Shown: one piece after another, positions 59,760 through 64,000 of the stretch
Layout: each line of letters opens with the position of its first letter
Numbering within the stretch: the first letter of the stretch is position 1
Assembly (NCBI GenBank): GCA_028825335.1
Contig: JAPKAI010000004.1
Coordinates: 1,614-65,613, forward strand
Reading direction: 5' to 3'
Length of the DNA stretch: 64,000 nucleotides
Origin: Gammaproteobacteria bacterium
GTDB taxonomy: Bacteria > Pseudomonadota > Gammaproteobacteria > Pseudomonadales > Pseudohongiellaceae
Notes under the pieces: generated by a model
The model's database searches: none
Seen by the model: only the letters and a program-made list of their open reading frames with translations
What the model was told of the DNA's origin: nothing
Program-made: the position numbers and the translations under genes

Positions 59760-61440
59760 CGTAATAAGTCACGTAGCCAGTGAACATTTCATCGTAGCTC
59801 TCTAGACCAAACGTAACTTCTTCACTGGGGTCAGGGTTGAACGGGTTGGAATAGGAATTGTCGAAGGCACCGCGCACGTGGATACTATCGCCAGCTTCTA
59901 GGCTCAACGCCTCGCTCAGGTGATAGTGCGGCTGCCAGCCATAGTTGTAAGCAGGAATGCTCAGCACGCCACGCTGCTTACCGCCTGCTGTCTGTATTTC
60001 GAATTTCATCTTCTTACCACGAAAATTCATTCGCGCCCGGACGCTCGTAACGACTACCGATTTCTCGAACTGGTAGCTAGCCTCCATAGCATGATTCGAA
60101 TCGTATGGCTCGATCACGAACCGTGGTGAAATTGCCTTCGTTAACAATTCTTGTCCTGGAGGCTCGTCGTAAAAATAAAGCCCAATGGATGTTTCATCTG
60201 TGGTAGCGAGCCCATTTGTCACGTAGTGAAACTGCATGGACAACTTATGTCCTTTAGGTATGAGAATTCCCGTCCCTTCGCCAAAAATAGTAGCTGGATT
60301 GTTACCAGGAATAAAACTACCCAAGAAGCGGCGCGTGCTGATTTCGTTGTCGGCCTCGTCTCCCCAAAAATCTTCTTCTGCTGGCGAGATAAATGTCATC
60401 AAATGGTGAAGGACTGTCTCCTTTCCAGGGTTGTATTGAAATGCACGCACCCAGACATCGCGATCGAACGGTAGTGTCGCTTCTGTGTACAAATAATCCT
60501 GTATTCCTACAGCCGCGATCTCGTTCGCTGGTGTCCCAACGATAAAATCAGGCTCACCTAATTCCCATTCGAAAATCTTCTCTGTCGGAACGAGCTCTAA
60601 AGGGTCAACAGGGTTATCGCCTCTAGGCGCTCCCGCATCCATCCAATGCACAAGGGTTTGCAGCATTTGAGCTGACGGATATTGCGCACTGTCGGTATGA
60701 CCTATCACCGGGTCGACCTGTATAGGCGGCATGCGCTTATTCAGCAGCACCTCGCGAATCATCGGCGACCAACCTAGAAGAGAGATATAGCTGTCTAGCG
60801 CGAAGGGCCCGGCTCCACCCCAGCGATGACACTCAGCACAGTTTTCAATAATAATCGGGGCAACTTCAGTGGTGTAATCGGGGGGGCTTGCTACCAACTT
60901 GTCACGCATCGGATAGTCTATGGCGCAGCCGGCAACATCGTTTTTAACTGTGTCATCAACATCGCCATCGAGCAATGTCTGCAGGGTTGTATCCAAAAAT
61001 TGATTCGCAGCGCCACGGTAGAACAGTGAGAGCCGCTCAGGATTAAAGACCAGAACTTCTCCGCCCTGCTCAATCTGCAGCGATGCACTCACAAGCTGAG
61101 TAGCGTCATCGAGAAGCGGCAAGTCTAAGCCCCGCTCGCTCGCCTCAATCCTGCCTGCACCCGATGAATCTAACAGTAAAAACTCGATGCCTTGATCGGC
61201 GTATTTTGCATTCAACTCAGAAAGGTAGTTCACGCTGTCGGAAATATTGGCGCAACTGGGATAATAAGACATCATCACTACTGCCTTGCGGTGCTGGTAG
61301 CGACTGATCTGATGGAATTCACCACGATCATCAAGCAGCGCAAAATCCCCGACCCGATCTAAAGACCCAAAGGCTTGAGTCATTAATACGCTTGTTCCTA
61401 GAGCTATTGTAATCGTGGCTAAACTTCTAAATACGGTCAA
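59752..61440 (-). CDS. Exported multidomain protein: thioredoxin-fold (redoxin-like) N-domain, mono-haem CxxCH, and a copper-monooxygenase-like C-domain
   Basis: 562 aa with a signal peptide. CAECH at 60826-60840 verified on the minus strand. The C-terminal region (..VLHHLMTF.., ..HKLSMQFHY.., ..MFTGYVTYY) resembles the PHM/DBH fold. TTG start preceded by AGGAAG. Confidence 0.6.
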   Translation of the reverse strand: MTVFRSLATITIALGTSVLMTQAFGSLDRVGDFALLDDRGEFHQISRYQHRKAVVMMSYYPSCANISDSVNYLSELNAKYADQGIEFLLLDSSGAGRIEASERGLDLPLLDDATQLVSASLQIEQGGEVLVFNPERLSLFYRGAANQFLDTTLQTLLDGDVDDTVKNDVAGCAIDYPMRDKLVASPPDYTTEVAPIIIENCAECHRWGGAGPFALDSYISLLGWSPMIREVLLNKRMPPIQVDPVIGHTDSAQYPSAQMLQTLVHWMDAGAPRGDNPVDPLELVPTEKIFEWELGEPDFIVGTPANEIAAVGIQDYLYTEATLPFDRDVWVRAFQYNPGKETVLHHLMTFISPAEEDFWGDEADNEISTRRFLGSFIPGNNPATIFGEGTGILIPKGHKLSMQFHYVTNGLATTDETSIGLYFYDEPPGQELLTKAISPRFVIEPYDSNHAMEASYQFEKSVVVTSVRARMNFRGKKMKFEIQTAGGKQRGVLSIPAYNYGWQPHYHLSEALSLEAGDSIHVRGAFDNSYSNPFNPDPSEEVTFGLESYDEMFTGYVTYYEK

Positions 61441-61485
61441 CTCAAACTTCCTTTGCTGGTTGTGAATAACAAATTTTTTAACGGT

Positions 61486-62622
61486 TTACTGTGGCATCGG
61501 AAACTTGCTGATGTGTGGGTTTTCTTGACGGTCACGCGAGTAATTGCGATCCGGTCTTTCCATTCCACCCCTAGCTGGCCCACCGGCATTGTAGATGCCG
61601 CCGCGCAATACAGAGATCAAGTAATCACGATGGCTAAATAAGTACTCTTCCTTGTTCGTGTATTCAGCAACCATGGTTTCTATTGCTTCAGATCGCCCCA
61701 TCAATTCGGGATAGGCTAATGCATCGCCTATCACAACCTTCAATGCCTCGATATTATCCACGATAGCGGAAGCTTCGGGATGGAACGTGTAGAAATTAGG
61801 CGCTATGACGGGAATGGTAGGAATATCAGAGGGCAGTGAGACTAAACTGCCGTGTAGGCGAGTTGTTTTCTCTTTGTAGTACTGCAGTACATTCTCGACA
61901 TCACGAATCTTTGCCTCCTGATTTGCCGCGGTAGTCACCACTTCCAGCGTCGCAATCTTTAACCATTGCGAAGCCCAGGTCAGCCCACTTAACTGCGGGA
62001 ATCCAACACGGTAAGAATAGGCATAGGGATGATCTGCGAGAAGCTCATCCGACTTTGGCTTGTCAGCCACGGAGTGCTCGTCGTTGCTTAGATAGCGCGC
62101 AACGGCTGCATCGACGGCGACCTTCTTGTCATCAAAGGAATCATCCAGGTAAATCTCTAGCAACTCTTCAACGAATTCACGGCCTCGCTTCAGTGTCTGC
62201 ACGGCAACATCAGGAAGTGCGCCACTCTCGGCTAATGCCTGGGCCGCCTCTTCAGCAGTCTGCTGCCGATTGATGGTAACAATGATGCCCGGCACAGCAC
62301 GGCTTTCGAATACGCGATGCGGCCCCAGCATGGCCAGGTGATCACCTGCGGAGTGATAGTGAGACGCGGTTGCTTCGGCTAACTCCTCTAGCTGCTCAGT
62401 TAGTAGTCGTTTGCCAATCGCAGCCGATGGAGATTCGTTTGTCGCTTCGATTTCCTCAAATACGCGAGCATGCAATACATCATGGGCGTACAACAGATTC
62501 ACCAACTCCGGAAAGAGCTGATTCAGCACAGGGCTATCGGCCATAACCACATTCGGGCGCAGCAGCGTTAGAGCGCACAGTCCGGTTACGGCAAATTTTG
62601 ATAGCAGCGAGAGGTTCCGCAT
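61486..62622 (-). CDS. Hypothetical exported helical protein
   Basis: 378 aa with a signal peptide (..LCALTLLRPNVVMADS). Lies 45 nt upstream of the redoxin/cytochrome gene, so probably the same operon. Confidence 0.55.
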   Translation of the reverse strand: MRNLSLLSKFAVTGLCALTLLRPNVVMADSPVLNQLFPELVNLLYAHDVLHARVFEEIEATNESPSAAIGKRLLTEQLEELAEATASHYHSAGDHLAMLGPHRVFESRAVPGIIVTINRQQTAEEAAQALAESGALPDVAVQTLKRGREFVEELLEIYLDDSFDDKKVAVDAAVARYLSNDEHSVADKPKSDELLADHPYAYSYRVGFPQLSGLTWASQWLKIATLEVVTTAANQEAKIRDVENVLQYYKEKTTRLHGSLVSLPSDIPTIPVIAPNFYTFHPEASAIVDNIEALKVVIGDALAYPELMGRSEAIETMVAEYTNKEEYLFSHRDYLISVLRGGIYNAGGPARGGMERPDRNYSRDRQENPHISKFPMPQ

Positions 62623-62844
62623 AATTTTCTCCAGTGGATCCCAACTATCAGTCAGGACGAATTCCTTATAAAGAAGGCTATTTTATAAGATGCTCAAAGC
62701 CTATGCGACATAATGTCTCAGTCGGATTAGAGTGGAAATAGGTAAATACCAAGAATTGCTAGCTATATTAATAGCTTAGCTAGAATAAATAATAGGAGCG
62801 CCCAATCGGTGTCACACAAAACTACAGATCCAAGGGCCGAATAT

Positions 62845-62878
62845 AGAAAAATGTGCGGCCTTTCCAGCAGTAAGCCGC
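62845..62878 (-). terminator. Weak terminator candidate after the arylsulfotransferase-like gene
   Basis: On the minus strand, GCGGC-N14-GCCGC followed by ACATTTTTC. Confidence 0.3.
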
Positions 62879-62935
62879 GACCCCAACTGTGTTTGAGCAC
62901 ATACAAAGACGAAGCTTAAAAAGCGAATTAGCAAT

Positions 62936-64000
62936 CTACGGCTGCGCAGGTATCCTAAATTCACCCAAAGCTGGAGGTATCACCGCCCTTTCCCTTGGCG
63001 GGTCTAACTGAGGCACCCATTCATAGGGAATTCGGTAAGCTCGGTAAACTCGAGGACTAGGCGTAGCCTCATCGCTAACAAAAGGACTTACAAATTCCCA
63101 AACCAGCTCCTTGTCTTCGGTGAGTTCAAAAAACCGACCATTCATGCCTTCGTTGATCATAGTGTTGCCGTTAGGCAGCCGCTGAGCATTACTCACATAC
63201 CAGCTATAGAACTGAAAACTTTCGGTGAAAGAGTCGATCGAGTACTCCCAAACCACCTCAAATGTAAGAGGATTGATTTCCAATACACGAGAGCTGTCTC
63301 GCGTTAACGCATTAGTGCCATTCGGTCGCGCAGGATTTGCACTCCCATAGCCGCCTTTGCCGCCATTATCGAATACCAACAAATTGCCTGCACCGGGAAG
63401 ACCTTGTGGAATGATATGTGGATTGTGCTGACCAATAATCTGACCAAGCTCAGCCAGAGGCTCTGACTCTGTGTAATCCGGACCCATACGCCAGACTATG
63501 CTGCCATCGCGCGCAATAATAGCAATTATGTTTGCTGTTCGACTACTGATCATGATGTGGTCCGGATGGAAGCGCTCATCTCCGGCGTCGTACCACTTAT
63601 TCGGACCTAAGTAATTTGCCGAATTTACATGCAACCAGTCCGCACTCTGTCTTGCGTTGTTAAAGCCCACTGATCGATAGATCGCATTACGTGCATCTTG
63701 CGAAAATCCCATCTCGTCGATGTGGTCACTGGCCAACCACTCCCATAGAATTTCGCCGTCCCAGGAGACTTCGTAAATATAATCATCTTCTAAGCGTTTA
63801 TCGGAGACATTAAGGTTCGTCACATTCTTGTGCGCAAGAATGAGAGTATTACCGCCTGTCGCATTAGGCAGTAATTCAGGAGAGTAGTAACCGATGGGAT
63901 TGCCCTCTCTTTGCCAATCGTGATGTTGGCGTGAAGCCCAGACCGCGGGTGCGCTCTCGTTCGTCTCTTCTTCATCATTACTCGTCGGCCCAGCCACCAT
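62936..64000 (-). CDS. Arylsulfotransferase (ASST)-like beta-propeller protein; the N-terminus probably lies beyond the right edge
   Basis: ..DWLHVNSANYL...DHIMISSRTANIIAIIARDGSIVWRMG.. and ..GNLLVFDNG.. resemble ASST / Arylsulfotran_2 blades. No signal peptide is seen at the window-edge Met. Confidence 0.55.
   Translation of the reverse strand: MVAGPTSNDEEETNESAPAVWASRQHHDWQREGNPIGYYSPELLPNATGGNTLILAHKNVTNLNVSDKRLEDDYIYEVSWDGEILWEWLASDHIDEMGFSQDARNAIYRSVGFNNARQSADWLHVNSANYLGPNKWYDAGDERFHPDHIMISSRTANIIAIIARDGSIVWRMGPDYTESEPLAELGQIIGQHNPHIIPQGLPGAGNLLVFDNGGKGGYGSANPARPNGTNALTRDSSRVLEINPLTFEVVWEYSIDSFTESFQFYSWYVSNAQRLPNGNTMINEGMNGRFFELTEDKELVWEFVSPFVSDEATPSPRVYRAYRIPYEWVPQLDPPRERAVIPPALGEFRIPAQP

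Overview
This window looks like a core chromosomal segment of a gammaproteobacterium, about 48-50% GC by eye. Gene order is close to Pseudomonas and E. coli. All calls rest on motifs and synteny recalled from memory; no searches were run.

Three conserved blocks are present:
- Block 1 (1-16.3 kb): ybgI, degS/algW, hisDG, murA, ibaG, mlaC, then yrbG-kdsDC-lptCAB-rpoN-ptsN-rapZ-npr, mgtE and yjgA.
- Block 2 (16.4-31 kb): transport and housekeeping genes. These are a DUF4212 plus sodium:solute symporter pair, a sodium:alanine symporter, apbC, a K+-type membrane pyrophosphatase, several hypothetical envelope proteins, a Cys/Met PLP enzyme, a Rieske protein, sfsA and an aminotransferase.
- Block 3 (31-51 kb): dksA-gluQ-cbrA-cbrB-(850 bp non-coding)-pcnB ... 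panB-panC-acs.

The window ends with a DUF58/transglutaminase/MoxR/TPR operon, an MFS pump and a cluster of exported redox and arylsulfotransferase-like proteins.

The most interesting signal is in the cbrB-pcnB spacer. It has a perfect TGTTAC/GTAACA inverted repeat, a textbook sigma54 -24/-12 promoter, three blocks of AANAANAA (ARN) repeats and a G/C hairpin. Together these look like a compact CrcZ-like Hfq/Crc-titrating sRNA under CbrAB control. Two other features support this: a cbrX-like micro-ORF overlaps the cbrA start, and an A-rich motif lies on the RBS of a transporter operon.

Secondary observations:
- About 7 kb of accessory DNA replaces folK between pcnB and panB, and it includes an odd AT-rich 500 bp spacer.
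- mlaFEDB and hpf are missing from otherwise conserved operons.
- A 31-codon lipoprotein micro-gene lies in an intergenic gap.
- The MoxR operon has a non-canonical gene order.

No CRISPR array, tRNA, rRNA, transposase or integrase was seen.
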